Shown: one piece after another, positions 1-9,581 of the stretch
How positions within the stretch are numbered: position 1 is the first letter of the stretch
How the letters are laid out: each line of letters starts with the position of its first letter
Assembly: GCA_046713235.1 (NCBI GenBank)
Contig: JBKKBZ010000116.1
Coordinates: forward strand, 2,742 to 66,741
Source of the DNA: Actinomycetota bacterium
GTDB lineage: Bacteria; Actinomycetota; AC-67
Length of the DNA stretch: 64,000 nt
Direction of reading: 5' to 3'
Made by a program: the position numbers and the translations under genes
Notes under the pieces: model-generated
Seen by the model: only the letters and a program-made list of their open reading frames with translations
Database searches by the model: none
Told to the model about the DNA's origin: nothing

Positions 1-1304
1 TACCGGTCGATCTCGAACGGCGAGACGTACGCCCTGTATGCGTCCCACTCCGCGCGCTTGTTGCGTATGAAGTACTCGAAGACGTGGTCGCCGAGCGCCT
101 CGCGGACGAGCTCACTTTTCTCCATCGCCGCGATGGCTTCGTAGAGATCCTCGGGCATGGACTCAATGCCGGCGGCGCGCCGCTCGGCCTCGCTCATCTC
201 GTAGATGTTGGCCGATGCCGGCGGAGGCAGCTGCTCGTTGCCGGCGATCCCGCGCAGCCCGGCCGTGAGCATCACGGCGAAGGCGAGATAGGGATTGCAA
301 GCGGGGTCCGGGGAGCGAAACTCCACCCGGAGATCACGTCCCGGCGTCGAAGGGATGCGCAGGAGCGCGGAGCGGTTTTGCTTCGCCCAGCAGATGTGCA
401 CCGGCGCCTCATAGCCGGGAACCAGGCGCTTGTAGGAGTTCACCCACTGATTACAAACGGCGGCGGTCTCTCGGGCGTGTCCGAGGATGCCCGCGATGAA
501 CGCCCGGCCGATCTTCGAGATTCTGTCGGGATCCTCGCCGTCGTAGAAGGCGTTGCGCTCGCCTTCGTATAGCGCCATGTGGGTGTGCATGCCGCTTCCC
601 CAAGCTCCCTGAATGGGTTTCGGCATGAACGTCGCGTACACCCCGGCCTCTTGGGCAACTTCCTTCACGGCCAGCCGCGACGTCATGACGTTGTCGGCCA
701 TCGTGAGCGCGTCGGTGTCACGCAGCACGATCTCGTGCTGCGACGGGGCGACCTCGTGATGGACGCTTTCGACGGAGATTCCCATCGCCTCCAGGTAGAA
801 GACCGTGCGCTTGCGCAGATCGGAGGCCACGTCCAGCGGCGTCAAGTCGAAGTACCCGCCGTGGTCGAGCGGCTCGGTGCTGGAGGCGCTTGGAAAGTAG
901 AAGTACTCGAGCTCCGGCCCGACGTAGAACGTGAAGCCCATCTCGCCGGCCTTAGCGAGCGCTGCGCGGAGCACGCGGCGTGGGTCGCCCGGGAACGCAT
1001 CGCCGTCGGGCGTCAGCACGTCGCAAAACATGCGAGCCACGCCTTGTGCTTCCGGTCGCCACGGCAGGATCTGAAAGGTCGCGGGGTCGGGCTTGGCGAG
1101 CATGTCGGATTCCTGCACGCGTGCGAACCCCTCGATGGCCGACCCGTCGAAGCCCATGCCCTCGTCGAACGCCACCTCCAGCTCTGCGGGTGTAATGGCG
1201 AACGATTTCAGATACCCAAGGACGTCGGTGAACCACAGCCGGATGAATCGAATGTCTCGCTCTTCTACGGTCCTGAGCACATACTCTGTATCGCGCGCGC
1301 TCAC
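1..1304 (-). CDS. glnA: glutamine synthetase type I. C-terminus runs off the window start. GTG start at 1304 overlaps the glnR stop (GTGA).
   Basis: Reverse-strand translation gives VSARDTEYVLRTVEERDIRFIRLWFTDVLGYLKSFAITPAELEVAFDEGMGFDGS at the N-terminus and KRAEWDAYRAYVSPFEIDRY at the window edge, both GS-I hallmarks. GGAGG lies 5 nt upstream of the GTG. Absent from the ORF track only because no stop codon lies in the window. Confidence 0.9.
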   Translation of the reverse strand, partial: MSARDTEYVLRTVEERDIRFIRLWFTDVLGYLKSFAITPAELEVAFDEGMGFDGSAIEGFARVQESDMLAKPDPATFQILPWRPEAQGVARMFCDVLTPDGDAFPGDPRRVLRAALAKAGEMGFTFYVGPELEYFYFPSASSTEPLDHGGYFDLTPLDVASDLRKRTVFYLEAMGISVESVHHEVAPSQHEIVLRDTDALTMADNVMTSRLAVKEVAQEAGVYATFMPKPIQGAWGSGMHTHMALYEGERNAFYDGEDPDRISKIGRAFIAGILGHARETAAVCNQWVNSYKRLVPGYEAPVHICWAKQNRSALLRIPSTPGRDLRVEFRSPDPACNPYLAFAVMLTAGLRGIAGNEQLPPPASANIYEMSEAERRAAGIESMPEDLYEAIAAMEKSELVREALGDHVFEYFIRNKRAEWDAYRAYVSPFEIDR

Positions 1305-1960
1305 GCATGCCTCCGCGGCTCAAGCTTGTATCCGACGTTGCGAATCGTTCCGATGATGGATTCGTGCTCCGCGCCCAACTTAGCCCGCAAGCGCCGGACG
1401 TGCACGTCCACCGTTCTGGTGCCTCCGAAATAGTCGTACCCCCACACCTCTTGCAGGAGCTGGCTGCGCGAGAACACTCGGCCCGGCCGCTGGGCTAGGA
1501 AGCGAAGGAGCTCGAACTCCTTGTAGGTCAGGTCGAGCGGCCGTCCTCGAAGCCGCACCTGATAGGTGTCGGGGTCGATCGACAGCTCGCCGATGCGCAC
1601 CACACCCGGCGAATCGACGAGATGACTTCCGATCAGCAAGCGAACCCGTGCAAGGGTCTCGGCGGGCGTGGCCCCCTCAACGAGGAACGCATCAATTTCC
1701 CAGTCGGGCGCGAGCGTGTCCACCGCTTCTGCGGCCACCGTCACAAGCAGCCGGAGGCGAGGCGCCTGGAATCGGAGCGAACGGCATGCTTCCCGTCCGC
1801 GCGCGATGTCCTTCACCGCATCGACGACGCAGATGTCGGGAGTCGGCCCCGAGCCCAACTGGGCGCCCAGCGCCGTGTAAGCGACGCGATGTCCGGCCGA
1901 CTCGAAGATCGCTCCGAGCTGCTCGTCGTCGCGATCCGAATGGATCAGAATGTCTGCCAC
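1301..1960 (-). CDS. glnR: OmpR-family orphan response regulator GlnR (nitrogen regulator). Likely start is the GTG at 1960; an alternative upstream TTG lies at 2065.
   Basis: C-terminal winged helix LDLTYKEFELLRFLAQRPGRVFSRSQLLQEVWGYDYFGGTRTVDVHVRRLRAKLG...IGTIRNVGYKL is near-identical to actinobacterial GlnR. The atypical receiver domain has its conserved Asp at ICVVDAV. GGAGG sits 6 nt before the GTG. Confidence 0.8.
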   Translation of the reverse strand: MADILIHSDRDDEQLGAIFESAGHRVAYTALGAQLGSGPTPDICVVDAVKDIARGREACRSLRFQAPRLRLLVTVAAEAVDTLAPDWEIDAFLVEGATPAETLARVRLLIGSHLVDSPGVVRIGELSIDPDTYQVRLRGRPLDLTYKEFELLRFLAQRPGRVFSRSQLLQEVWGYDYFGGTRTVDVHVRRLRAKLGAEHESIIGTIRNVGYKLEPRRHA

Positions 1961-2168
1961 GTCGCGCCTCCGCGAAGGCCTCGAAAAGCGAAGAAACCCC
2001 AGGCGACCGGCTTCCTTGCCTGAGGTTCTAGACGCCGGTTGCGCTTCCCGGCGCCTGCCGAGCAAAGTAGCAGAGCCAGTCGCGTCTCACAAGGAGGATT
2101 CGCCTGCTCCCACCGACGAAGCGAGGTCGTGCCGCCCGGCGATTTTCGGCCGGGCATGAGGACTTCTT

Positions 2169-2984
2169 GTGCCGATGAACGACGGCGCGGAAGGACGCGG
2201 ACGCCATCTCTTTGTTGCCGGCGTGCTGGCGGTCGCCGCTTTGATCGGATTGCTGGCCGGCAAGGCCGCCCTCGCCGTCGTGACCGCGGGGGCAGCGATC
2301 CTCGGTGCGCGTGAGGTCTTCGACCGGCAGCGCCTTCGCGGGCTGCGCCCTGTTCCGCTTGTCGGCGTCGGTGCCATAGTTGGTCTTTTCGGGATTGCGC
2401 TGGCCACGGGAGAGGACGCACCACGTGTCTTCCCCTTCGTAGTTGCCTCGGCGACGGTCGCGTGTTTCGGAGCGATCATGTTGCGTAAGCGAATTGCCGG
2501 CGCGACCGAATCGATCGTGACGACGCTGCTGCTCGTCGTCGTGCTTGGAATGCTGGGAGCATACGTGGTCGTGGTGCGCGGTCTGCCGCTGGGTGTGCGA
2601 TTCGCGGCGGGGCTCCTGTCGATGGTGGCGGCGACCCAAGGCGGGAGTGCTGCCTATGCCGCATGGCGCCGCCGACGCGCCGGAAGTCATGCTCTGGCCC
2701 GCCCCGCGTGGGAGACGCGGGTTGCAGGTGCCGTAGGGTGCTTCGCCGTAGCTATGGTCGACGTCGTCGTTTTCGCGCCGGCCTTTGATCGCGGTAGGGC
2801 GCTGTTTCTCGCGGCAATCGTCATCATCTTCGTGCCACTCGGCGAGCTGTGGGTTTGGATGTTCCGGCAAGACCTCGCCGCCGAGGGTGAGCCGCTTCCA
2901 GAATTCCCCATCCTTGCGCGCGTTGCACCGGTGCTAACGGCCGCGGCCCCGTTCTTCTACGCGGTTCGAGCCCTGATCCGCTAG
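2169..2984 (+). CDS. Hypothetical polytopic integral membrane protein.
   Basis: 271-aa ORF with GTG start and 6-8 hydrophobic helices. Divergent from glnR. Confidence 0.5.
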   Translation: MPMNDGAEGRGRHLFVAGVLAVAALIGLLAGKAALAVVTAGAAILGAREVFDRQRLRGLRPVPLVGVGAIVGLFGIALATGEDAPRVFPFVVASATVACFGAIMLRKRIAGATESIVTTLLLVVVLGMLGAYVVVVRGLPLGVRFAAGLLSMVAATQGGSAAYAAWRRRRAGSHALARPAWETRVAGAVGCFAVAMVDVVVFAPAFDRGRALFLAAIVIIFVPLGELWVWMFRQDLAAEGEPLPEFPILARVAPVLTAAAPFFYAVRALIR

Positions 2985-3745
2985 TGGGTCTGCTCGAGGC
3001 GCTCGTCCTTCGGCGGGTTACGCTAGCGCTCGTGCGCATGGTGCGGCGGCTCGTGGTGTTCCTGGTCCTCCTGGCCGGTCTAGGCCTCGTGGCCGGCGCG
3101 GCGCTTCAGCCGTTTGCCGAGCGCAAGATCGGCGAGACGATTCAGAAATCACTCGAGCTCGAGACACCACCGACGGTCCGCCTCGACGCCTTTCCCATCC
3201 TGGTACGTGCAGCGCAGGGCCGTGTTGCGGGCCTGACCGTTGATGGACGCAATCTCGTCGTTCAACGTCTCCGGCTCGCGCGGTATCACGTCGATGTCGT
3301 CGGTGTGGCCATCTCTTACTCCGCCCTGCTCACGGGAAATCCGCGCGCACGCGTGCAGGGTGGTGAAGCGTCGGCTCTTGTCACGCAGGAAGCCGTGAAC
3401 GCCTATCTTGCCGCGCGCAAGGAGACGGCGCGGGTGACCTTTGGAAAGGGCACGGTTCGCGTCCGAGATCGCGCGCGCTATCTCGGATCCGTTCGCAACC
3501 TCGAGGCGGTGGGACGGTTCTCGATCGATGGCCGGGATCTCGTGTTCGTCGCCGACCGCGTGACGATCGACGGCAAACCGCCCCCCGGAGCGCTGGCCGA
3601 GCGGGCAAAGCGGGACGCCGGCTTCCGCCAGCCGCTTCCGGCTCTCTTCGGGGGAATTCGCGCACGACGAATCACCGTCGAGCCGACGGGCGCCGAGCTC
3701 GTCGCCGAATTCGGTGCAACGACGATCGATCTGGGCGCCGCTTAG
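2984..3745 (+). CDS. Membrane-anchored DUF2993 (LmeA-like lipid-binding) family protein.
   Basis: N-terminal TM helix followed by a beta-rich periplasmic domain. Its GTG start overlaps the upstream stop codon. Confidence 0.45.
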   Translation: MGLLEALVLRRVTLALVRMVRRLVVFLVLLAGLGLVAGAALQPFAERKIGETIQKSLELETPPTVRLDAFPILVRAAQGRVAGLTVDGRNLVVQRLRLARYHVDVVGVAISYSALLTGNPRARVQGGEASALVTQEAVNAYLAARKETARVTFGKGTVRVRDRARYLGSVRNLEAVGRFSIDGRDLVFVADRVTIDGKPPPGALAERAKRDAGFRQPLPALFGGIRARRITVEPTGAELVAEFGATTIDLGAA

Positions 3746-3750
3746 CGCTG

Positions 3751-5034
3751 CTAGGTGCGATAGCGTCGGAACTCGGGGACGAGGACCGCCAGAAGCATCG
3801 CGCCGGCGATACAGGCGACTCCCCCTGAGACGACGGAGGCGGTGGGCCCGAAGGCTTCGGCGACGAGTCCCGCCTCCAGATCGCCGAGCCTGGGACCGCC
3901 GGTGACAACCAAAATGTGGACGCCGGAAAGGCGCCCGCGCAAGGAGTCCGGAACGGAGGACTGGAGAATCGTCCCGCGAAACACCGCGGAGATGACGTCG
4001 GCGGCACCGGCGCCGGCGAGCAGGATCAGGGCGGCCGGCAAGTTTGAACCGACGAGTCCAAACGCGGTGATCCCCGCGCCCCAAATCGCCACCGCGATCA
4101 GCACCGCGAGACCTTGCCGGCGTATGCGTCCCACCCAACCGGCGGTGAGCGCACCGACCAGAGCCCCGGCGGCAATCGCGGAGAACAGCGCGCCGACGAC
4201 CTCCGGGCCGCGCCGGAACTGCGTCACCGCCAAGAGCGGAAACAACGCTCGCGGCATCCCGAAGATCATCGCGACGAGATCAACCGTGAAGGTCGACTGC
4301 AGCACGGGCCTGCCCTTGAGAAAACGAAATGCCTCGAGCACGGCACGGGGTCCGGAGGCAACGATGCTCGAAGCATCGCTCCGCGGTGTATGCGGGCGCA
4401 TGGCCATGGCGGCGCCGATCGTCGCGGCATACGTGAGGAGATCTACGGCGTATACCCACGCGAGTCCGGCGCGTGCGATGACGACCCCCGCGATCGCCGG
4501 CCCGACGACCATCGACGCGCTCCACATCGCCTGATTGAGCGCGATCGCCGACGGCAGCAATTCGCGCGGCACGAGGTTCGCCGTCAACGACGACCGGGTG
4601 GGCTGAGCGATTCCCGACAGGGCCGCAGACAATGCAACGGCCCCGTAGATCAGGCCGAGGGGCGGCCGGCCGGCCAGCGCGGCGAGAAGGAGCGCGGCCG
4701 ACGTCGCCGCGAGGCCTACCTGAGAGATCAGCAGTAGCTTCCGGCGGTCGGATCTGTCGACCAGCGGTCCGCCGCCGATCGTGGCAAGGATCAGCGGCAC
4801 GAGTTGCACGAGACCCACCAAGCCAACGGCTGCGGCCGACCCGGTGAGACGGAACACTTGATAGAAGACCGCGACGACCGTCATCTGATGTCCCGATGCG
4901 GATACGATCTCCCCGAACCACAGCAGGCGGTAGTCGCGCGACACGCGCAAGGGTGTGATATCGACGGCGACGAGTCGCGCGCGCTTTCGAAGGCGAGAAG
5001 CGAATCCGGGTTCGGTTGGGTCGCGCTCGTCCAC
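3751..5034 (-). CDS. MFS transporter (EntS/YbdA-like exporter family).
   Basis: 427 aa, 12 predicted TM segments, MFS signature R-rich loops. Confidence 0.75.
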   Translation of the reverse strand: MDERDPTEPGFASRLRKRARLVAVDITPLRVSRDYRLLWFGEIVSASGHQMTVVAVFYQVFRLTGSAAAVGLVGLVQLVPLILATIGGGPLVDRSDRRKLLLISQVGLAATSAALLLAALAGRPPLGLIYGAVALSAALSGIAQPTRSSLTANLVPRELLPSAIALNQAMWSASMVVGPAIAGVVIARAGLAWVYAVDLLTYAATIGAAMAMRPHTPRSDASSIVASGPRAVLEAFRFLKGRPVLQSTFTVDLVAMIFGMPRALFPLLAVTQFRRGPEVVGALFSAIAAGALVGALTAGWVGRIRRQGLAVLIAVAIWGAGITAFGLVGSNLPAALILLAGAGAADVISAVFRGTILQSSVPDSLRGRLSGVHILVVTGGPRLGDLEAGLVAEAFGPTASVVSGGVACIAGAMLLAVLVPEFRRYRT

Positions 5035-5088
5035 TCCTGCTTAGCCTAGCCCCGAACGTCCCGTCAATGATTCGGTAATAGTTGGGGT

Positions 5089-5649
5089 TCAGACGGGAGA
5101 GGACGCCGGGCTGATCATCAGCTTGCCGTGGAACTCGAGGGGCTCCATCGGGTCGATGACTTCGGAGATTGCGGCGGTCGTCACGATCTTCTGAATTCCC
5201 TTGGAGAAGCGATTGCGGTAGGTGCGAGACGTGCACCCAGCCGAGACTCCGACCGGGTTGTGCGGGGCCGGCGGCATAACAAGCTCGAGGGGACCGACGC
5301 CGTCTTCAGGCGCAAGGCCGGTGAGATACTGGCAGGTCGCCCCGAAGATCAAGCGCCCGAGCGGGTCGAACCACGAGACCGAAACGTACCCTCCTGGGAT
5401 GACCGGCATGGCGACGTGGAAGTTCGCGTGGGACTCGACGAGAGATACGTACCCCGCCCGCGTGAGGGTGAACTGCCCAACGCAATCGCCGTACCAGCCT
5501 CCATCGCCGGTCGGCGTGGTCATCCCGGAGCACTCGCCCGGAACGGCTCCCGTCGCCAGAAGCTCGTGCACGGTGGCCCGGCCCGAACCGGGGACGGCCG
5601 TCCCCAGGGCAAGCGCAAGCATGAGTATGAAAAGTCTCGATCGGCCCAT
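5089..5649 (-). CDS. Secreted hypothetical protein.
   Basis: N-terminal signal peptide MGRSRLFILMLALALGTAVPGSGRA. Cys-containing mature region. No recognisable family. Confidence 0.5.
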   Translation of the reverse strand: MGRSRLFILMLALALGTAVPGSGRATVHELLATGAVPGECSGMTTPTGDGGWYGDCVGQFTLTRAGYVSLVESHANFHVAMPVIPGGYVSVSWFDPLGRLIFGATCQYLTGLAPEDGVGPLELVMPPAPHNPVGVSAGCTSRTYRNRFSKGIQKIVTTAAISEVIDPMEPLEFHGKLMISPASSPV

Positions 5650-5823
5650 ATGCAGATCCCCTCAAATATTGGAGGTTCGACATTGGCTCATTGATCTCCT
5701 TCCCGGCGGACACGGGGGATCCGGCACAATGCCGCCTCGCCCGGTAGCGCGAGGTCCCTACCGGGCGCCGGGGCTTTCCGGCCCTGCTGAGGACTCCCCC
5801 AAAGGGGCTCCGAACACGCACGA

Positions 5824-5846
5824 GCGCGGGGCGATTGACCCCGCGC
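5824..5846 (-). terminator. GC-rich stem-loop (8-bp stem GCGCGGGG / CCCCGCGC, 7-nt loop) just 3' of the small ORF 5865..6008.
   Basis: Perfect inverted repeat seen in the sequence. No U-tract, as is common in high-GC actinobacteria. Confidence 0.35.
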
Positions 5847-5864
5847 GCGCCCGTGCGACTGTTT

Positions 5865-6008
5865 CTACGGGTTGGGAGCGGCTTCCTCCCAGCCCGACTC
5901 CTCACCCGCGCGGCCACGCTTCTTCTTCATGAAGAAGAACACACCACCGACGATTGCCAGCAGCGCGGCAAGCAGGCCCTTCTTCGAGCGCTTCTTCTCT
6001 TCGGCCAT
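5865..6008 (-). CDS. Small (47 aa) single-TM protein MAEEKKRSKKGLLAALLAIVGGVFFFMKKKRGRAGEESGWEEAAPNP.
   Basis: ATG preceded by GGGAGG at -7. Lys-rich flanks around one hydrophobic helix. Followed by the hairpin above. Confidence 0.4.
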   Translation of the reverse strand: MAEEKKRSKKGLLAALLAIVGGVFFFMKKKRGRAGEESGWEEAAPNP

Positions 6009-6235
6009 ACGGACCCCTCCCAATAGACGGGACGGGAGCATCATAACGATCGCGCACGACACCCGACAATGCCCAGCCCGAAATCTGTCCGGATGGACAT
6101 GACCGTTTCGGGCTTGGAGAGTAGATATTTCGGCCCAGGAGGGGCAGGCGGGCCACCGGCTTCGCCTCTTGCTCGTCGCGGCGCTCATGGTCGGAGGGGG
6201 CGCCGATCCAGGACTGCCGGCGACTTAGGCCGACG

Positions 6236-7150
6236 TCATGGATCTTCTCGCGCCGTGCGGGTTGAGCGGATCACTCCGAAGTAGACGCCTACGAGCACGA
6301 GGATCGAGCCGACGACGAACGTGCCGGTGGTCTGCTCGTCCAGCAGCCAGGCCGCAAGCGCGATGCCAACCAGTGGCGCGAGCACGAACTCATAGGAGGC
6401 GGCGCTCGCCGACCATCTGCTGAGCACGAACAGATACAGCCCGAACACGCCCACCGTGCCGATGGTGACGAGGTAGGCCTGCGCTGCCCAGGTCGAACCT
6501 TCCTCGGGGATCTTGAAAGACTGGCCGAACAGCGGCATCAGTACGAAAAGCATCACGGTCGCCACGGCGAGGCCGATCGCATTCCTCGCCGCCGGATGCA
6601 CGGGAGGGAAGCCCTTCACAGCGATCGCGCCCTCAGCCGCACACGCCGCGGCCGCGAGGACTGCCAGCAATGATGCGACGGGCACACCTTCGTCGACGCC
6701 TCCGCGGAGGACGACCACCGTTCCCACCACGACGATCGCCGCGCCCGCAAGGCTGTCCCAGCGGAATCGCTCCTGGCCATGGGCAAGCGCAAAGATGAAC
6801 GTGAGCAATGGTCCCGTCGCCAGCAGCATGCCCGCCATCCCGGCGGGGACCTCTTGCAATCCCAAGTAGATGAATCCAAAGAAGGCGCCGAGCGAGAGTG
6901 CTCCGTACAACAGCGCGCCCACAAGTGCGCGCCCTCGCGGCATCGACGCACGAAGCACGCGCGCGACGATCGCGAAGATCACCGTGGCGATCAGGAAGCG
7001 CGACGCAGCCGCCCACAGAGGATCGATCCCCGGCTCGCGCAGTATGAGCTTGACGGCGACGACGTTACCGCCGATCCCGATCACCATGAGGAAGAACGCG
7101 CCAAGGACGGCCCGATCGGGCCGCTTGCCGGCCTCCTGCGCTTCCACCAC
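6236..7150 (-). CDS. EamA/DMT-family transporter.
   Basis: 304 aa, 10 TM segments, duplicated EamA domain pattern. Confidence 0.8.
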   Translation of the reverse strand: MVEAQEAGKRPDRAVLGAFFLMVIGIGGNVVAVKLILREPGIDPLWAAASRFLIATVIFAIVARVLRASMPRGRALVGALLYGALSLGAFFGFIYLGLQEVPAGMAGMLLATGPLLTFIFALAHGQERFRWDSLAGAAIVVVGTVVVLRGGVDEGVPVASLLAVLAAAACAAEGAIAVKGFPPVHPAARNAIGLAVATVMLFVLMPLFGQSFKIPEEGSTWAAQAYLVTIGTVGVFGLYLFVLSRWSASAASYEFVLAPLVGIALAAWLLDEQTTGTFVVGSILVLVGVYFGVIRSTRTAREDP

Positions 7151-7252
7151 GTGCGACTTTATCGACAGCGCCCGATAGCATGCGTTGATGCCTCAGCGGT
7201 GTCGAAGACGCCATGCGGTCCGACCCGGCGTCAGGTTCGAACATTGTCAATC

Positions 7253-7329
<77 letters not shown>

Positions 7330-7350
7330 GCGGCCGGACAGGCTACCACT

Positions 7351-7713
7351 TCAGCCCTTTTCCGACACCGAGATCTCGATGCCGCCGACCACGTCGGCGA
7401 TGAGGTTGTAGAGAAACACGCCGCAGACGGTGATGATCGTCCAGACCACGGTCCCGAGGGCCCCGATGAGGAAGAACCACTTGAAGATCGCTCCGCCGGA
7501 GACCGTCACGGGATAATCCACGTCGGCGAACAACTGCTCGATGTCGGCGATGACCCCGAAGGCTTTCAGCATCGCGAAGATGATGGCCGAGCCGAGCAGA
7601 AAGACGAGGAGCAAGCAAAAGTAAAACAGGAGGGAGAACTTGAGGACCGACCACGGGTCGATCTTGCGGACGACGAGGCGAGCGCGGCGCCAGCCGCGAG
7701 GCGCAGCGGACAT
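7351..7713 (-). CDS. DUF3566 transmembrane protein (the Rv0007-like gene that follows gyrA).
   Basis: 120 aa with two TM helices; conserved position after gyrA. Confidence 0.75.
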   Translation of the reverse strand: MSAAPRGWRRARLVVRKIDPWSVLKFSLLFYFCLLLVFLLGSAIIFAMLKAFGVIADIEQLFADVDYPVTVSGGAIFKWFFLIGALGTVVWTIITVCGVFLYNLIADVVGGIEISVSEKG

Positions 7714-7727
7714 CGTCTGGCCGGTCG

Positions 7728-9167
7728 CTATCCCTTGACGACCGCCAGAGGGCGCAGGCGCGCCACTCTCCTCGATAACTTCGCCCCCTCGCAGGTCTCC
7801 ACCACCGCGGACACATCCTTATACGCGGCCGGCGCCTCCTCCGCCAGCAGGCCCCATTGTGTCGCATTCACCAGCACACCGGCCGCAGCGAGGTCGGCCG
7901 CGAGCTGTCGGCCGCTGACCTGCTTCTTGGCTTGCGTGCGGCTCATCATTCGGCCGGCGCCGTGGCAGGTGGAGGAAAACGCCCGAGCGCCCTCGGCGAC
8001 ACCGGCCAGCACGTAAGAGGCCGTGCCCATCGAGCCCGGGATGAGCACCGGCTGTCCGGCCTCACGAAACGCATCTGCCAGCTCCGGGTGGCCGGGGCCG
8101 AACGCCCGCGTGGCGCCCTTGCGGTGAACGCAGAGAAGCCGCTCGCGCCCATCCACGTCGTGCCGTTCCAGCTTGGCAAGGTTATGCGAGACGTCGTACA
8201 CGAGCCGAAGGCCGAGATCCTCGGCACTCCGGCCGAAAACGGTCTCGAAGCACCGGCGAACCTCGTGTGCCAGAAGGTGCCTGTTCGCCCGGGCGAAATT
8301 CGCCGCCGCGGACATCGCCGACAGATACCGCTCACCTTCCGGCGTTCCCACCGGGGCACACGCGAGCTGCCGATCCGGGACGGTGATCTTGTATGCGGCC
8401 ATCGCCCGGTCGAACTTACGGACCTCGTCGGTGCAGACTTGGTGGCCGAGTCCTCGGGATCCGCAGTGCATCATCACCGTGATCGTCCCGGGCTCGAGGT
8501 CGAAGGCCGCAGCGGCGCGCTCGTCGAAGATTTCCTCGATCGCCTGGATCTCGAGGAAATGATTGCCGGCACCGAGCGATCCGAGCTGCGTCGCGCCGCG
8601 CTCGCGTGCCCGATCGCTTACCGCGTCGGGATCCGCTTCGAGGCGGCCCCCGTCCTCGCACCGCTCCACGTCCGAGGGCCAGCCGACACCGCGCTCGAGC
8701 AGCGCAACCACTCCGTCGGTGAGCACGTCCCGCATCTGGGCACCGTCGAGCTTCATGAGACCGTCGCGGCCCGTCCCCCGGGGTATGCGGCGCGCCAGCT
8801 CGTCGATCAGACGCTGCATCGCCGGCGCTGCTTCGGCGAGCAAGAGGTCGCTTCGCAACAGTCGCACACCGCAACAGATGTCGAATCCGACGCCCCCCGG
8901 TGTGACGACGCCGCCATTCTCGACGTCGGTCGCCGCAACCCCGCCGACGGGGAAGCCATAGCCCCAATGCACGTCGGGCATCGCGAACGAAGCGCGAACG
9001 ATGCCGGGAAGCATCGCCACGTTGGCCACCTGATCGAGGGCTCGATCCTCTTTCGCCTTTACCAATAACCCCTCGCTGGCAAAGACGTGGCCCGGCACGA
9101 CCATACCCGCCCGGGCGCCCACCGGGATCTGCCATTCGTACGGTCCGAGGCGGAGCAGGTCCATCGG
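7728..9167 (-). CDS. rtcB: RNA-splicing ligase RtcB.
   Basis: Full-length similarity to RtcB, including the metal-binding His/Cys motifs (HxGxGxxV..., CHGAGR). Start taken at MDLLRL, with GAGG at -7. Confidence 0.9.
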   Translation of the reverse strand, partial: PMDLLRLGPYEWQIPVGARAGMVVPGHVFASEGLLVKAKEDRALDQVANVAMLPGIVRASFAMPDVHWGYGFPVGGVAATDVENGGVVTPGGVGFDICCGVRLLRSDLLLAEAAPAMQRLIDELARRIPRGTGRDGLMKLDGAQMRDVLTDGVVALLERGVGWPSDVERCEDGGRLEADPDAVSDRARERGATQLGSLGAGNHFLEIQAIEEIFDERAAAAFDLEPGTITVMMHCGSRGLGHQVCTDEVRKFDRAMAAYKITVPDRQLACAPVGTPEGERYLSAMSAAANFARANRHLLAHEVRRCFETVFGRSAEDLGLRLVYDVSHNLAKLERHDVDGRERLLCVHRKGATRAFGPGHPELADAFREAGQPVLIPGSMGTASYVLAGVAEGARAFSSTCHGAGRMMSRTQAKKQVSGRQLAADLAAAGVLVNATQWGLLAEEAPAAYKDVSAVVETCEGAKLSRRVARLRPLAVVKG

Positions 9168-9172
9168 GGCCT

Positions 9173-9577
9173 CTACACGTCGACGTAGACCCGAGCCATC
9201 CATTCGGACCTAGTCTTGGACACGGTCAAGCCGTGATAAGTGACCGCCTTGATCATGGGGCCGGCCGGCTCGGAGTCGATAACCACATAGACGTCCCCCT
9301 CCGCACGAGTCGGCGACACCTGCCGGAGGTCGGCGCCTACCACAAGCTCGCCTCGGGTCTCGAAGCGGTACAGGCACTCCTCCAGGAACTGGACGAGGGT
9401 GTCCTCAAGGTCGGACCCCTCGACCAGGATCGCCCGGGCGTCGTCGGAATCGTCGGGCTCGTCGTCGAGGATGATCGCCGCAAGGGCGCGAGCCGCGTCG
9501 GCGAACAGGACGGGAAGCTCGGGCGCACGCACCTCGATTCCCACGTCCGCCGTGTGGGGGATGATCTCGTACGGCAT
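9173..9577 (-). CDS. Archease (RtcB activator).
   Basis: 134 aa; MPYEIIPHTADVGIEV at the N-terminus and GPMIKAVTYHGLTV at the C-terminus are the archease family signature. Confidence 0.85.
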   Translation of the reverse strand: MPYEIIPHTADVGIEVRAPELPVLFADAARALAAIILDDEPDDSDDARAILVEGSDLEDTLVQFLEECLYRFETRGELVVGADLRQVSPTRAEGDVYVVIDSEPAGPMIKAVTYHGLTVSKTRSEWMARVYVDV

Positions 9578-9581
9578 CCTG

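Noticed and set aside
84-1433. Plus-strand ORFs 84..572 and 579..1433 (162 and 284 aa).
   Set aside because: They lie antisense to the clearly homologous glnA gene. Their composition is Arg/Ala/Gly-rich, typical of out-of-frame high-GC sequence.
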